Origin: Eledone cirrhosa
Taxonomy: Eukaryota
Reading direction: 5' to 3'
Assembly (NCBI GenBank): GCA_964016885.1
Contig: OZ024764.1
Span: 3,038,001 to 3,102,000 of the forward strand
DNA length: 64,000 bases
The notes below the pieces were generated by a model, which did no database searches, was not told the origin of the DNA, and saw only the letters and a list, made by a program, of their open reading frames with translations. This document shows, piece by piece, positions 1-15,104 of this stretch (position 1 is the stretch's first letter; every line of letters starts with the position of its first letter). The position numbers were made by a program, and so were the translations under genes.

Positions 1-149
1 GTGGGTTGGTGAGACTATTTAACCCATAGATGGGGTGGTTGGCTGTGAACTCTGAGGAGTTCATCGGCCCTTTTTAACAGCTTTTGTTTTTTGTGCTGCT
101 AGGGTTCGACTCATACTGATGTTAAGGTATTGTTCTCAAAATAAATAAT

Positions 150-878
150 ACCTCACATAATATCTCACATAACATTTACATTACTCTATATATACTATTG
201 TATTTTCACAGTAAAGGCTTTACCTCACATAATATCTCACATAACTTTTACATTACTCTCTATATACTATTGTATTGTCACAGTAAAGGCTTTACCTCAC
301 ATAATATCTCACATAACATTTACATTACTCTCTATATGCTATTGTATTTTTACCGTAAAGGCTTTACCTCACATAATATCTCACATAACTTTTACATTAC
401 TCTCTATATGCTATTGTATTTTTACCGTAAAGGCTTTACCTCACATAATATCTCACAACATTTACATTACTCTATATATACTATTGTATTTTCACAGTAA
501 AGGCGTTACCTCACATAATATCTCACATCACATTTACATTACTCTATATATACTATTGTATTTTTACCGTAAAGGCTTTACCTCACATAATATCTCACAT
601 AACATTTACATTACTCTATATATACTATTGTATTTTCACAGTAAAGGCTTTACCTCACATAATATCTCACATAACATTTACATTACTCTATATATACTAT
701 TGTATTGTCACAGTAAAGGCTTTACCTCACATAATATCGACTCTATGAGAGTTTGATATTATCTATTTTGAGAACAGTACCTTAACATCAGTATGAGTGG
801 TTGATTATATCCAATTTGAACAGAATTAGGTGAGAGAATGCTGGCTGGTTGTGGCTGGTTTAAATGCTAAAGAGTTAA
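150..878 (+). mobile_element. TTAA-type (piggyBac-like) MITE with internal 72-bp tandem array, 5' end rearranged
   Basis: 72-bp unit (cacagtaaaggctttacctcacataatatc...) followed by the family 3' end taaatgctaaagag-TTAA. Confidence 0.7.
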
Positions 879-2578
879 TGACAGTGGTCCACATGTTTTT
901 AAATAATATTTATTGGTAACCCCACAATCTCATTTTTAATTCTACATTATATATATATAGGAAAAAAAATGTACATATATATATATATGATAATTCCCAC
1001 TTTATAGAAGAGGGCTAAATGCATGTATACATACATGGATATATGTATATCTGTGGTTGGTGTTAGGAAGGGCATCCAGCTGTAAAATACCCAGCCAAAT
1101 TTATAGTCCTCACTGGAGCAAGGCGTGACATGGCCAACTCTGGCCAGACTTACCTGCAGGCATGGACAAGCCGTCATCATCTATGTTTAACGTCCATCTT
1201 CCATGCTAGCATGGGTTGGATGATTTTGCTAGCTGAATCACCCGGCGTTGCTGTTCTTATTTAGATTAGTAAACAATAAATATAAAGATATGTTTTTTTT
1301 TTCTCATAATTATTTCAAAATATCTATATTTTTATTTAAAAAATAGCAAAATTGCAATGATCATAGAATTTAGAAATGCAAAGCTGTCAATCCTGAAGCA
1401 CCTCAGGGTAAACAATATTCATTGTGTAATTTATTTGTTGGTGTCCAAATGAATAAATTGTTGCTGCTTCTAAATCACGAGCAACCAACATAGAGTTGAC
1501 CGTGGGAGAAACGTAGTAGAGAGATGAAGTCCAGCTACCTTGAGGCATTGACTCTGAGGTTTGTTAATGGAAATAACAAAACTTAGTTTGACTGGAAACT
1601 GAAGCCTCTTAAATTCAACCTCACATACACTCACACACATATACTTGTCAGTCACCACATATGTATATGTGTGTAGATGTTTGTTTAATTCTCTATGTAT
1701 CTGATTAAATATTTACGTGAAGATGTGTCTGTGTATGTAACTTACTAAGGCCTAACGTATGTAACAAACGCACACACACACATACACACTCATATACCAC
1801 ACTCATATACAAAATGCGACATCGTCACATACACTCTCACAAACACACACACGCACTCACAAACACATACACACACATATACAAAATGTGACGTCGTCAC
1901 ACACACTCACAAACACACATACACTCACACACAGACACACACACACTCACAAACGCATACACACTCATATACAAAATGTGACGTCATCGTGTTATAAAAT
2001 GTTGTTTCCTTATAGTTGACTATAGAATATTTTAGATAAAATGTGATGTCGTCACACACACACTCACAGACATACAAACTGTGATGTCACATACACTCAC
2101 ACACAGACACACACCCACCCACAAGCATACACACTCATATACAAAATGTGACGTCATCGTGTTATAAAATGTTGTTTCCTTATAGTTGACTATAGTAGAA
2201 TATTTTAGATAAAATGTTATATTTTAATCCAAATGAAAATAAAAATTACATGTTAACCCTGGGGTCTAATACTAACCTTGGAAAATTTGATTTGATTTGG
2301 TCGAGCTGTAAGGCACAGACAGAGAGACAATAAATTATATATATATGTGTGTGTATATATATAGAATTGGTTTTATATGTCTCAGTGATATGTAGGGAAT
2401 CACATTTGTCTAAAAGTCCCGCCTATTACGTCTCCCTCTTTCTCTCTCTCTATCAAGCTCTCCCTCTCTCTCGCATTCTCTTTCACACTCTATCTCTTTC
2501 TCATATGCTCTCTCTCTCTCTCTCTCATGCACTCCCTGTCTTTATCTCTCTCACACTGTCTCTCTTTCTCTTTCCCAG

Positions 2579-2644
2579 GATGCTTGTCGTCTGCAGAAAA
2601 TAATGATGGACAAGAAGAAGGAACTGGAGAAATTTGAAGTCAAG
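2579..2644 (+). CDS. PBRM1: Polybromo-1 exon (end of bromodomain, probably BD3): DACRLQKIMMDKKKELEKFEVK
   Basis: Polypyrimidine tract + cccag acceptor, gtaagt donor, 66 bp, phase 0-0. Starts with DA, like the bromodomain helix-C exon at 25652. Confidence 0.85.
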
Positions 2645-2862
2645 GTAAGTAGACCCTGCTGCAGCTTAATTTATACACTATATATATATATATATATCCA
2701 GGGAGTGTAACTCAGAGTTACTGTAGGTTCACCCGGGAGAGCACTCAATGCTTAGGTTCCTTAGAATTAACCCACCAATCAAAACAAATTTCACTGACCA
2801 ACATATGAACATTAGACTTTCTCCTGCGCCATATATATTCATTCTGTCATTAATACCACAGA

Positions 2863-2945
2863 GGTTCGATGAGCCAATGATTAGAGTCGGGCTAGATCGA
2901 TACAGATCGAACCTTGAGCTGATCAGTAGTGAAACACATGTCACC
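2863..2945 (+). ncRNA. Degenerate hammerhead-like motif with long stem II
   Basis: GGU-UCGAUGA-[UGAUUAG...CUGAUCA]-GAAAC-ACAU-GUC-ACC; core deviates from CUGANGA. Confidence 0.4.
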
Positions 2946-2995
2946 AACCAATAAATGTAATGAAGGAGTAACCACTCATCCTTGTTTTAATATCT

Positions 2996-3026
<31 letters not shown>

Positions 3027-3111
3027 ATAATGAATTTGAACACTAAAATCCTTTGGTTGCAACGTTTCACGAAACATTTACTTCTTCGTTCACAGCAGAT
3101 TGATTTTTTTT

Positions 3112-3162
3112 AGTTTCAGAAGATCCCGTTAAGGGTGAAAGCAGCGATTCTTTGCTTAAACT
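3112..3162 (+). ncRNA. Variant hammerhead motif (CAGAAGA core); second copy at about 19179-19230
   Basis: AGUUU-CAGAAGA-UCCC.GUUAA.GGGU-GAAAGCA...UGCU-U-AAACU. Confidence 0.45.
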
Positions 3163-3204
3163 TTAATCTGTTATTTTAATAAATATATATATATATATAT
3201 ATAT

Positions 3205-3592
3205 GAAGGCGCATGACTTAGTGGTTAGAGCATTGGCCTTACAATCGAAAGGTTGTGAGTTCAATTCTCAGACCGGGTGATGTGTTGTTTCCTTGAGCAA
3301 GACACTTTATTTTACATTGCTCCAGTTTACTCAACTGTAGAAATGAGATGATAGGGACTGGTGTCCATATCATTCCACTGCAAAGTGGTCGTGGAGGTGC
3401 CACGGCAAAAAAGCACCCAGCCCACACTGCAAAGTGGTCGTGGAGGTGCCACGGCAAAAAGGCACCCAGCACTCACTGTAAATGAGGTTGGTGTTAGGAA
3501 GGGCATCCAGCTGTAGAAATCAAGCCAAAATCACTTCCCGTCCCACCCTTGCAAGCAGGGAAAAAGCGGACGTAAAATGAAATGATGATGAT
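3205..3592 (+). mobile_element. tRNA-derived SINE family A with RTE-type tail and (ATG)n end
   Basis: A box-like tgacttagtgg, B box gagttcaattc, CORE-like ccttgagcaagacacttta, tail shared with RTE ends. Confidence 0.85.
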
Positions 3593-3897
3593 ATAATATC
3601 AAAAGAAGCAACGGAGTTAAAGTCTCGCATTTATCCCTGTAATTTAATGAGCTCAAGGAATAAGTACCAGGCTCAATATAGAGAGGAGGAAACACAAAAG
3701 AGTATGTTTACAATAAGGCCACTAGAGTGACAAACATAAACTACAAAAGGTATGGGAAATACATTATAATTAAAAAGATAAATTAAAATGGAATAACTCA
3801 CCTTTATAACTAGATAACACCTGGACAAACTCACAGAGAATGTTTCATAGTAAACAGTGTAAGAATCATATCGACTCAGGGTTTATCAGCAGATGTG

Positions 3898-3927
<30 letters not shown>

Positions 3928-3929
<2 letters not shown>

Positions 3930-4136
3930 GGGTGGCCCAAAAATCACGCGGGTCGTATGGCCGCCATTTGAAAGATGTAATTTTTCGTAAGTAATGTAGA
4001 GGTGTGACAAGGATTGACGAGTGCAAAATAATTTACATTATATCCTTTAAGTTGTATCAAAATTTCATACATCAATCTGTACAATTCAGGAAGTTAATAA
4101 AAACTAAAACCCCTGTGTGACTGTTGGGTCACTCTA
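3928..4136. mobile_element. Tc1/mariner-type MITE
   Basis: Imperfect TIRs cagggtggcccaaaaatcacgc / gtgtgactgttgggtcactcta in a TA context. Confidence 0.55.
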
Positions 4137-4349
4137 TATATATATATAGAGAGAGAGAGAGATTACATGAAACAAAGTTCTGTTTAAATCATTTATTTGC
4201 TTACAATTGTTTCTTCCAAACCGAGGTTTGGAGTCTTCGGAGCAATTATTCAGTGATTTTTAACATACTTGACCTCCTTATCAACACAAGAGACATACAG
4301 AAACATATGTATATATTGACCCACAGTATGTTAAAAATCACTGAATAAA

Positions 4350-4396
4350 TGCTCCGAAGACTCCAAACCTCGGTTTGGAAGAAACAATTGTAAGCA
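4350..4396 (+). ncRNA. Minimal type-I hammerhead ribozyme (mirror copy on - strand at 4198-4244)
   Basis: UGCU-CCGAAGA-C-UCCAAACC.UC.GGUUUGGA-A-GAAAC-AAUU-GUA-AGCA; palindromic loop III. Confidence 0.7.
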
Positions 4397-4989
4397 AATA
4401 AATGATTTAAACAGAACTTTGTTTCATGTAATCTCTATATAACTGCTCTGTAAAACAACTGATGTTGTTACATTGAGCTATTTATCTTACTGGTAATAAG
4501 GTAGTAATAAATTACTGTCTTTCACTATTTAGGGTATAAAATATATATAACTATAAAAGGTTTTAGTATATACATAACCATAAATAGTATCCTTAATACG
4601 ATATATATATATACATACATATATACACACACATACACACCGTGTATACTCGTGAAAAAATCGAATTTTTAAGACCATTTTTTAAAGATTAAATTTATGG
4701 GGTCGACTGTTACATAGAGACTACTTGTGAAGGACTTGAAATTGAAGCAAGGATCTAAAGTACAATATCAGTAGTAGAACCCTGATTCCTAAATGAATAA
4801 AAACAAAAGCAATAAATTACTAATATTAACTGATTCTATGTATAAAAACACACATCCTGGTAAATAACAAAATCTATAAACAAGACCGTGTAGTTCTTAT
4901 AAATATTTACACTTGTTCTTTTACTTGTATCTATCAAACTTAACAGACTAGCTTAGTGTAATCAATTTATAGCTCATAAAAAAAGGATC

Positions 4990-5198
4990 AACCGACTTTT
5001 GTCAAATCGGACCGAGGAAACAATGTTTCCGTTGGTCTTTCCAGTTGCTAATACTATCTATCGGTCGCAACTCCAGGTAGAAGGAGCAACGTGAAATAAA
5101 GTGTCTTGCTCAAGGACATAACGCATTGCCTGGTCCAGGAATCGAACTTACAACCTCAAGATTGTGAATCCAATTCTCTAACCACTCAGCCACACACC
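4990..5198 (-). mobile_element. tRNA/CORE-type SINE with a different structured tail
   Basis: Reverse strand: tggctgagtgg A box, gttcgattcc B box, ccttgagcaagacactttattt. Confidence 0.7.
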
Positions 5199-5329
5199 CT
5201 GTATATTACTATGGGTAATATATCTACCGTTATGACACTACCTACTGTAATACTGAGCATATGGCCGATACCTGCACAGTGTGGTTTGTATCACAACTCT
5301 CCAATCACATTTTAGTAATGGTGATGTAG

Positions 5330-5912
5330 CATCCATCTTCTTGTCGCGTCCACAAGATTGTCAGTTGCAAAGCTTGGCTAGATGAGGTTCAGCCACAGCT
5401 GAACACATTGCTGTCCTTTCTCATTAAAATCTGCCAAGTCCAATACTGTCCAGGGGTGTTCCAGCAGGGGACATATCGGGTGCTGTGTAGTCTGTAGTTT
5501 GATGCTGCAGTCATACACAACGTCCCTATCCTTTAGAGTAAAGCCACTATATATAATATACCACACTATATATACACTATATATAATATACCACACTATA
5601 TACACTATATATAATATACCACACTATATACACTATATATAATATACCACACTATATATATATATATACAAGAATAAACGAGAGTCTTGTGCCCACAAGA
5701 GTGTCAGGTACAAAGCTTGGCTAGATGTGGTTCAGCTGAACACATTGCTGTCCTTTTTCATTAAACTCTGCCAAGTCCAATACTGTGCAGGGGTGTTCCA
5801 GCAGGGGGCCTGTCAGGAGGTGCTGTGCAGGGGTGTTCTAACAGGACATATCAGTAGGTGCTATGCAGGGGTGTTCCAGCAGGAGACATATCAGGAGGTG
5901 CCCTGTAGTCTG
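5330..5912 (-). mobile_element. Two 3' ends of an Ingi/Vingi-like LINE
   Basis: Reverse-strand peptide DC...QTTQH..CPLLEH.WT..DLA.FNE....C.Q.W resembles the C-terminal zinc-knuckle region. Copies at 5330-5545 and 5685-5912. Confidence 0.5.
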
Positions 5913-5964
5913 TGTTGTTCTCAAAACCTCGTAAATTCAATATCACATGAGATAATTGTCTAAG

Positions 5965-6458
5965 ATAAAACATTTACCACAAAAATACAATAGTAAATGT
6001 AGAATAATGTAAATGCTAAAGGGTTAATATTGTAGACTTGGGGCTTGTTAAACATTTACCACAAAAATACAATAGTAAATGTAGAATAATGTAAATGCTA
6101 AAGGGTTAATATTGTAGACTTGGGGCTTGTTAAACATTTACCACAAAAATACAATAGTAAATGTAGAATAATGTAAATGCTAAAGGGTTAATATTGTAGA
6201 CTTGGGGCTTGTTGAACATTTACCACAAAAATACAATAGTAAATGTAGAATAATGTAAATGCTAAAGGGTTAATATTGTAGACTTGGGGCTTGTTAAACA
6301 TTTACCACAAAAATACAATAGTAAATGTAGAATAATGTAAATGCTAAAGGGTTAATATTGTAGACTTGGGGCTTGTTAAACATTTACCACAAAAATACAA
6401 TAGTAAATGTAGAATAATGTAAATGCTAAAGGGTTAATATTGTAGACTTGGGGCTTGT
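5965..6458. repeat. 6 x 82-bp tandem repeat spanning a MITE terminus and its flank
   Basis: Unit contains taaatgctaaaggg-TTAA-tattgtagacttggggcttgtt. Confidence 0.9.
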
Positions 6459-6555
6459 TTCTGGTTTGGTGTGAAAAGGGTTTGTGATAGCACGAGTGTG
6501 AGTGCGTATCTAATTAAAAATGTTTCTCTCTACCTTGGCTGTTATTATTAATTAG

Positions 6556-6627
6556 GACAACGTTGGTCGACTGGTGAAGGGTGAACTACCACCACTGCTC
6601 AATTCTGAGTCAGACTTTCAAGTGTCG
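6556..6627 (+). CDS. PBRM1: Probable Polybromo-1 linker exon: DNVGRLVKGELPPLLNSESDFQVS
   Basis: attag acceptor, gtgagt donor, 72 bp open, phase 0-0, GC-richer than flanks. No domain motif to confirm it. Confidence 0.6.
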
Positions 6628-6655
6628 GTGAGTAGTTAACTATAGAAACGCCATA

Positions 6656-8096
<1,441 letters not shown>

Positions 8097-8606
8097 AGTA
8101 ATAAACAAAAGATATATACTATTTATTTCATTATATATATTTCAAATAATAAAGTACCAGTAATACACTGGGTAATTGCTGGCCTTGTGCCAAAAGTATA
8201 AACAATATATATATTTCAAAGATGCAAAGTTTTATGTATAACATAAACTAGAACATGTCCTCCTCAGACAATATATATATTTCAATATGAGATGTATAAT
8301 TGTACATGATATGCTGGTAGCCAACGAGCTGGACAGACAGTGACCAATAAATAATCATATGATTATATATATATATAAATTATATAACCAAACATTAGTG
8401 TGGTTCGTTGATTACTCAATGAATACAGTTTTACAATAGATTAGAAGCACTCAACAGTAAAGTTTTCCTGGAGTTTTTAATATTATTCAAAATATTGACA
8501 AATGAAAAATATTCTCATAATCAAAATATATACTTTATTATATATATTTCAAAGGTACTGTGTTGTTTTTTCAGTACGTAGCGGTATGTCATATATCAAA
8601 TCATAT

Positions 8607-8670
8607 ATTTTGTCTGATGAGGGCGTACTACAAAAACAACACAGTACCTTTGAAATATATATAATAAAAT
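8607..8670 (+). ncRNA. Minimal type-I hammerhead ribozyme inside fold-back 8484-8718
   Basis: AUUUUGU-CUGAUGA-GGGCGUACU...AGUACCUUU-GAAAU-AUAU-AUA-AUAAAAU. Confidence 0.7.
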
Positions 8671-10451
8671 ATATATTTTGATTATGAGAATATTTTTCAT
8701 TTGTTAATATTTAGAATATCTAGTTGAGAATAGTTACACTGTATCCTTTCTATATCATAAGAAGCTATATTAAAAGGGTTGGTGCCAGGAAGGTGATTTA
8801 CCTATAAAACATTGTCCTGGCCATCTCCAGGCAACTTGAGTAGATGTGGGCTTTGTAAGCTGTTGAGAAGGCACCCTGTCTAGGAGAGCAGTCACTTTGA
8901 ATGGATAAGACTGCACAGAGTAGCTGTGGGTTCTCTAAGCCTCAGAGAAGGCGCTCTGTCTAAGAGAGGATTCACCTTGAATAAATAAAACTGCCCAGGG
9001 TAGCTCTGTGCTCTGTTGTGCTGATGGCATGATAAAATACACCCAGTCCTTGCTGTAAATTGGTTGATGATTGGAAGGGCAACCAGCTACAGACAAAACC
9101 CTGGCAAAACCTATGGGAAACACAACATATAAGATTATGTATATATAAAGTAGTTTAGTTAATATGAAGTATTGTGAGATATTTAATAAACAACTGGTAA
9201 GTATTTCAGAAAGCCAGTAAAATGTGGTAGAAACATATAAGGTACAAATGATGACAATTAAAACCAAACAATGTAATGTTTTACCCAGTATATTTCGGGG
9301 TAAGCGACCCTTTTCAAATTGACTTCAATCTGTTTAGTTAATTAGAAGTATTTTGAGATGTGTAATAAATGACTGGTAAGGTTCAGAAAACTGGTACATC
9401 ATCATCATCATCATCATCGTTTAACGTCCATCTTCCACGCTAGCATGGGTTAGACGGGAGTTGTCCCAATCAAGGCAAGATTGGTCAGATGACCGTGACT
9501 CGCTCGTATAGAACTGTTTCTGGCAGTGGTAGAAATATATAAAGGGCAAAAGCCAAAATTGGTTCTGTATGAGCATGACATGGTCACCTGACCTAGCATT
9601 TGCTCACAGCAGGATATCTTGTCTAACCCATGCTAACATGGAAAAATCGACATTAAACGGTGGTGACAATGGTGATGATGACAAAGGATGACAAAGAAAC
9701 CAAAGAAATGTTTTACTCAGTATATTTCAACATATTTCAGAGCTAAAACCCCCTTGTCAAATTTAAAAAGGAAAATGGATCAAAACAAAACGATTGATGT
9801 GTTTTTCACATTTGAAAAGAGGATTTTAGCCCCGAAATATATTGAAATATACTGGGTAAAACATTTGTTTTGTTTTATTTGTTATCCTTTTGTCTTTTAT
9901 TTATTTATACTATATTGTATCAGCTTTCTGAAACTTGTAAGTCATTTATTATGCATATCATCATCATTTTATATGTTCTGCTCATAATTTGGCATTAATA
10001 ATATACTAGTTGGATGCCCTTCCTAACACCAGCACCACTTTACAGCATGGACTGGGTGGTTTCATTCGTGCTACCAGCACTAGAGAGGTTGTCTTACTGG
10101 ACTCAAGGGCCCTCTCCACCCCATACTATGGCATGGTTTTTAATAGCTGAATGCTATTACCATTACCTGCACTTTACAGCATGGACCGGGTACTTTTATT
10201 CATGCCACCAGCACTAGGGAAGTCGTCTTACTAGACTTAGGGGACTTCTATACCCCACACCATTCGGAGTGGTTGATATAGACGGGTTGCCTACACTTCA
10301 GTTTAAGGAACCTCCATCTGCCCCATGTCTGCTGAGTAGTACTGGGGCACACTGTTCAACTATATTCAACTATATGTGTGTATTTATGTACAGAAATATG
10401 TGTGTGTACAGTTTCTAGGTTGTTGGCATTAAAATTATTTGTGCATGCATA

Positions 10452-10890
10452 AACTATTGTATTGTCACAGTAAAGGCTTTACCTCACATAACATTTACAT
10501 TACTCTATATATACTATTATATATTCACAGTAAAGTCTTTACCTCACATAACATTTACATTACTCTATATATACTATTATATTGTCACAGTAAAGTCTTT
10601 ACCTCACATAACATTTACATTACTCTATATATACTATTATATATTCACAGTAAAGGCTTTACCTCACATAATATCTCACATAACATTTACATTACTCTAT
10701 ATATACTATTGTATTTTCACAGTAAAGGCTTTACCTCACATAATTATCTCATACAATACCGAATCTATGAGATTTTGATATCATTTATTTTGAGAACAAT
10801 ACCTTAACGTCAGTATGAGTGGCCAATTATAGCTAGTTTAAGCAGAGAGAGGTGAGAGAATTCTGGCTGGATATGGCTGGTTTAAATAGG
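10452..10890 (+). mobile_element. Truncated copy of the 72/60-bp-array MITE
   Basis: Same repeat unit and 3' unique region. Confidence 0.65.
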
Positions 10891-11101
10891 AATATTATAT
10901 TTCAATCAATCAATGAAAGATTTTTAGGGATTTATTCAAATTATCAATTATTTCACTACTAAGATAGTAACTTAAGTAGGTTTCTTATATAAAATTATGT
11001 TGGAAGGGTTTAATTTAAATAGTAACCTTTTAAAATGGGTGATATTGTTTCATAGAAGCAAAAGTTGGTTTCAAAAGGGTTACTGAAGAATTTTGAAGGG
11101 T

Positions 11102-11330
11102 TTAACCCTTTAATGTTCAAACTGACCAAAACTGACCAGAATTCTCTACTTCTTTCTGTTGAAACCGGCTGTAACTGGTCACTCAAACTGATGTTAAGGT
11201 ATTGTTCTCAAAATAAATACTTTCAAAATCTCATAGATTCGATATTATGTGAGATAATTATGCGAGGTAAAGCCTTTAGCATGAAAATACAATAGTATAT
11301 ATATAGAGTAATGTGAATGCTAAAGGGTTA
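11102..11330 (-). mobile_element. Single-unit form of the TTAA MITE
   Basis: TTAA-CCCTTTA ... TAAAGGG-TTAA with one repeat unit. Confidence 0.75.
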
Positions 11331-11502
11331 ACTAACATCATATCCTGCCAAGGTTAACTTTGCTTTTCATCCATACCGGGTCGATAAAATAAAGTACCAG
11401 TAATACACTGGGTAATTGCTGGCCTTGTGCCAAAAGTAGAAATAATTATTAATTGTTTCTTTACTGAGATAGTAACTTAACATTATGTTGGAAGATTTTA
11501 AA

Positions 11503-12512
11503 TTAACCTTTTAGCATTTATACCTGCCATTTCCAGCCAGAATTCTCTCACTTCCTTCTGTTCAAACCAGCTGTAACTGGCCACTCATATTTATATTAAG
11601 GTATTGTTCTCAAAATAAATAATATCAAAATCTCCTAGATTAGATAGTATGTGAGGTAAAGACTTTACTGTGAAAATACAATAGTATATAGAGAGTAATG
11701 TAAATGTTATGTGAGATATTATGTGAGGTAAAACCTTTACTGTGAAAATACAATAGTATATATAGAGTAATGTAAATGTTATGCGAGATATTATGTGAGG
11801 TAAAGACTTTACTGTGAAAATACAATAGTATATATAGAGTAATGTAAATGTTATGTGAGATATTTGTGTGAGGGTAAAGCCTTTACTGTGAAAATACAAT
11901 AGTATATATAAAATAATGTAAATGTTATGTGAGGTATTATGTGAGGTAAAGCCTTTACTGTGAAAATACAATAGTATATATAGAGTAATGTAAATGTTAT
12001 GTGAGATATTATGTGAGGTAAAGCCTTTACTGTGAAAATACAATAGTATATATAGAGTAATGTAAATGTTATGTGAGATATTATGTGAGGTAAAGCCTTT
12101 ACTGTGAAAATACAATAGTATATATAGAGTAATGTAAATGTTATGTGAGATATTATGTGAGGTAAAGCCTTTACTGTGAAAATACAATAGTATATATAGA
12201 GTAATGTAAATGTTATGTGAGATATTATGCGAGGTAAAGCCTTTACTGTGAAAATACAATAGTATATATAGAGTAATGTAAATGTTATGTGAGGTATTAT
12301 GTGAGGTAAAGCCTTTACTGTGAATATATAATAGTATATATAGAGTAATGTAAATGCTATGTGAGATATTATGTGAGGTAAAGCCTTTACTGTGAAAATA
12401 CAATAGTATATATAGAGTAATGTAAATGTTATGTGAGATATTATGTGAGGTAAAGACTTTACTGTGACAATACAATAGTATATATAGAGTAATGTAAATG
12501 CTAAAGGGTTAA
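11503..12512 (-). mobile_element. TTAA MITE with about 12 x 72-bp units
   Basis: TTAA-CCTTTTAGCATTTA ... TAAATGCTAAAGGG-TTAA terminal inverted repeats. Confidence 0.8.
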
Positions 12513-12944
12513 ATTAAAATCTTCCAACATAATTTTATATAAGAACCACACATTAAGTTACTATCTTAGTAATGAAATAATTAATAATTTTAGTAAATCT
12601 ATCAGTTTTTCATAATTTTTGACATAAGACCCTTGAGTTAAATTGCTATCTTAGTTATGAATAATTAACAATATTAATAATTAATAAAACACCACGGCTG
12701 ATGATTGAAGTAGAGGGTATTTCATTAGAAATAAGGCTTGTTGTTGTTGTTGTTGTTGCCTCAAACTGCTTTCAGTATTGTTATTGTTGCTTTCAGTCAG
12801 TTTACCTGACACCTTTGCCACCTCTCACTTGCAACATCTTTATATTTATCTTTAGATTTATTGTAAAACATGAATTTAATGGGGTGGAGTGGAGTTTTGG
12901 GCATAGTTTGGGCAGGGGTTCATTGTACAACATGAGTTTGAGGG

Positions 12945-13655
12945 GTTGTGCTGGGTTGAGCTGGGCTTAATATTTGAGGTTTATTGTGTTGGGTTGAGCT
13001 AGGCTTAGTATTTAAGGGTTTGTTGTGCTGGGTTTAGTATTTGGGGGTTTATTGAGCTGGGCTTAGTATTTGAGGTTTATTGTGTTGGGTTGAGCTAGGC
13101 TTAGTATTTAAGGGTTTGTTGTGCTGGGTTTAGTATTTGGGGGTTTATTGAGCTGGGCTTAGTATTTGAGGTTTATTGTGTTGGGTTGAGCTAGGCTTAG
13201 TATTTAAGGGTTTGTTGTGCTGGGTTTAGTATTTGGGGGTTTATTGAGCTGGGCTTAGTATTTGAGCTTTATTGTGTTGGGTTGAGCTAGGTTTAGAATT
13301 TAAGGGTTTGTTGTGCTGGGTTTAGTATTTGGGAGTTTGTTGAGCTGGGCTTAGTATTAATTGAGGTTTATTGTGTTGGGTTGAGCTAGGCTTAGTATTT
13401 AAGGGTTTGTTGTGCTGGGTTTAGTATATGGAGGTTTATTGAGCTGGGCTTAGTATTTGAGGTTTATTGTGTTGGGTTGAGCTAGGCTTAGAATTCAAGG
13501 GTTTGTTGTGCTGGGTTTAGTATTTGGGGGTTTGTTGAGCTGGGCTTAGTATTTGGGAGTTTGTTGAGCTGGGCTTAGTATTAATTGAGGTTTATTGTGT
13601 TGGGTTGAGCTAGGCTTAGTATTTAAGGGTTTGTTGTGCTGGGTTTAGTATTTGA
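12945..13655. repeat. 96-bp higher-order repeat of ~29-38-bp subunits
   Basis: gggcttagtatttgagg-type subunits; period 96. Confidence 0.9.
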
Positions 13656-14432
13656 GGGTGAAATGAAGTAGGGTGAGGTTTGGGGATAGTAGTTTTGGGG
13701 GCTTGTGCTGGGGTGAGATGAGGTGTGGTGTAGTTTGGGATTAGTTTTGGGGGGTTTATTGTACAACATGAGTTTGAGGGGATGGGGTGAAGTTTGGGGA
13801 TAGTAACTATCCCCCTCCTCAACATTTTGTCATGAATTTGTGAGGGGGTTGAGGGGTGGATATAGTAACAGAAGGTAGTACCAACATATGTGAAGGTGCG
13901 TGGCCTAGATGTTAGGGTGTTGGACTCCAGGCTGTGGGCTTGGTATTGTGTTTGTGGGTAAGACCCTTCATTTCGTGTTGATTTTCTTGATAGGTCTTGG
14001 GCCCTTATCATTAAAACACCCAAGCAATCTACTGAGATATAACCTTGTAGGGGGCCAGCTAAACCTACATAGGTGTGAACTGTAACAAATAACAGGACTC
14101 GGGTCCCTATCATTAAAACACCCAAGAAACCTGTTATGAGATAACCCTTGTAGGGGGCAGGCTAAACCTACATAGGTGTGAGCTGTAATATGACAGGACT
14201 GGGGTCCCTATCATTAAAACTCCTGAGGGACGTCCTATGAGATACAACCTTGTAGGTGAACTAAACTGGGGTCCCCTATCATTAAAACTCCCTAGAGACC
14301 TCGTAGGAGATACACCCTTGTAGTTGCTATGTACTCTGTTATTTATTGTCAGGGAAACTGGTAAAAACTTTAGTCTTTCTGGGGTTGGGACAAACTTTAA
14401 ACATGAAATTTTATGTACACACACACATATAT

Positions 14433-14467
<35 letters not shown>

Positions 14468-14813
14468 CATATACACATATACACACACACACATATATAT
14501 ATATACACTCACACACACACATATATATACACACACACACACACATATATATATACACACACACACATTGATATAGACACGTGCACACACACACGGTTAT
14601 AGACATACACATACATAACCACACACACACACACTGGCACTAATATGGACACACATAAACACACAAGCACACACACATACAATGACACACACAATCTGTT
14701 GTGTATCTTATCTTATGCTTCCTGTTTCTCTCTTCACCACCACCACCACCATGTTCATCATCATCATCATCACCACCACCACCACCATCACTGCTGTTGA
14801 TGACATGTTGTAG

Positions 14814-14996
14814 AAAATGGACCGTGACTGTTGGGGGGACGACGACCAGACTCCACGTGGCCTGAAATCCCGGAAGAGTCTTCTTGGTTCTGCTGACTTT
14901 GAGAAGAAGAAACTGCTACGTAGAAGCAATGCTGTCGGAGAGAATACTCTTCAGAAACGCCTATGGGCCCTCTATAAATCCGTCTATGATTTCTGT
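14814..14996 (+). CDS. PBRM1: Polybromo-1 exon: KMDRDCW...LQKRLWALYKSVYDFC (linker and bromodomain helix Z)
   Basis: tgtag/gtaagt, 183 bp, phase 0-0. Joins in frame to the next bromodomain exon. Confidence 0.9.
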
Positions 14997-15104
14997 GTAA
15001 GTACTACGTTCTTTTCTATAAATACTGTTAGTGGCAGGCATAAGTTACCTCTCCCTTTCTTTTTTTTTTTTTTTATGTAGGCACAAATGTAAATTAGCGC
15101 TTGC

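Noticed and set aside
1367-1407. Possible extra exon (FRNAKLSILKHLR)
   Set aside because: Superficial NAK match only; no YN/IYK continuation, and the phase does not fit exon 2579.
3205-3280. tRNA gene
   Set aside because: tRNA-like head of a SINE, repeated with the same body at least seven times.
3605-3690. Twister-like ribozyme in a repeat shared with 39448-39520
   Set aside because: Could not place the P4 loop or pseudoknot nucleotides; kept only as a dispersed repeat.
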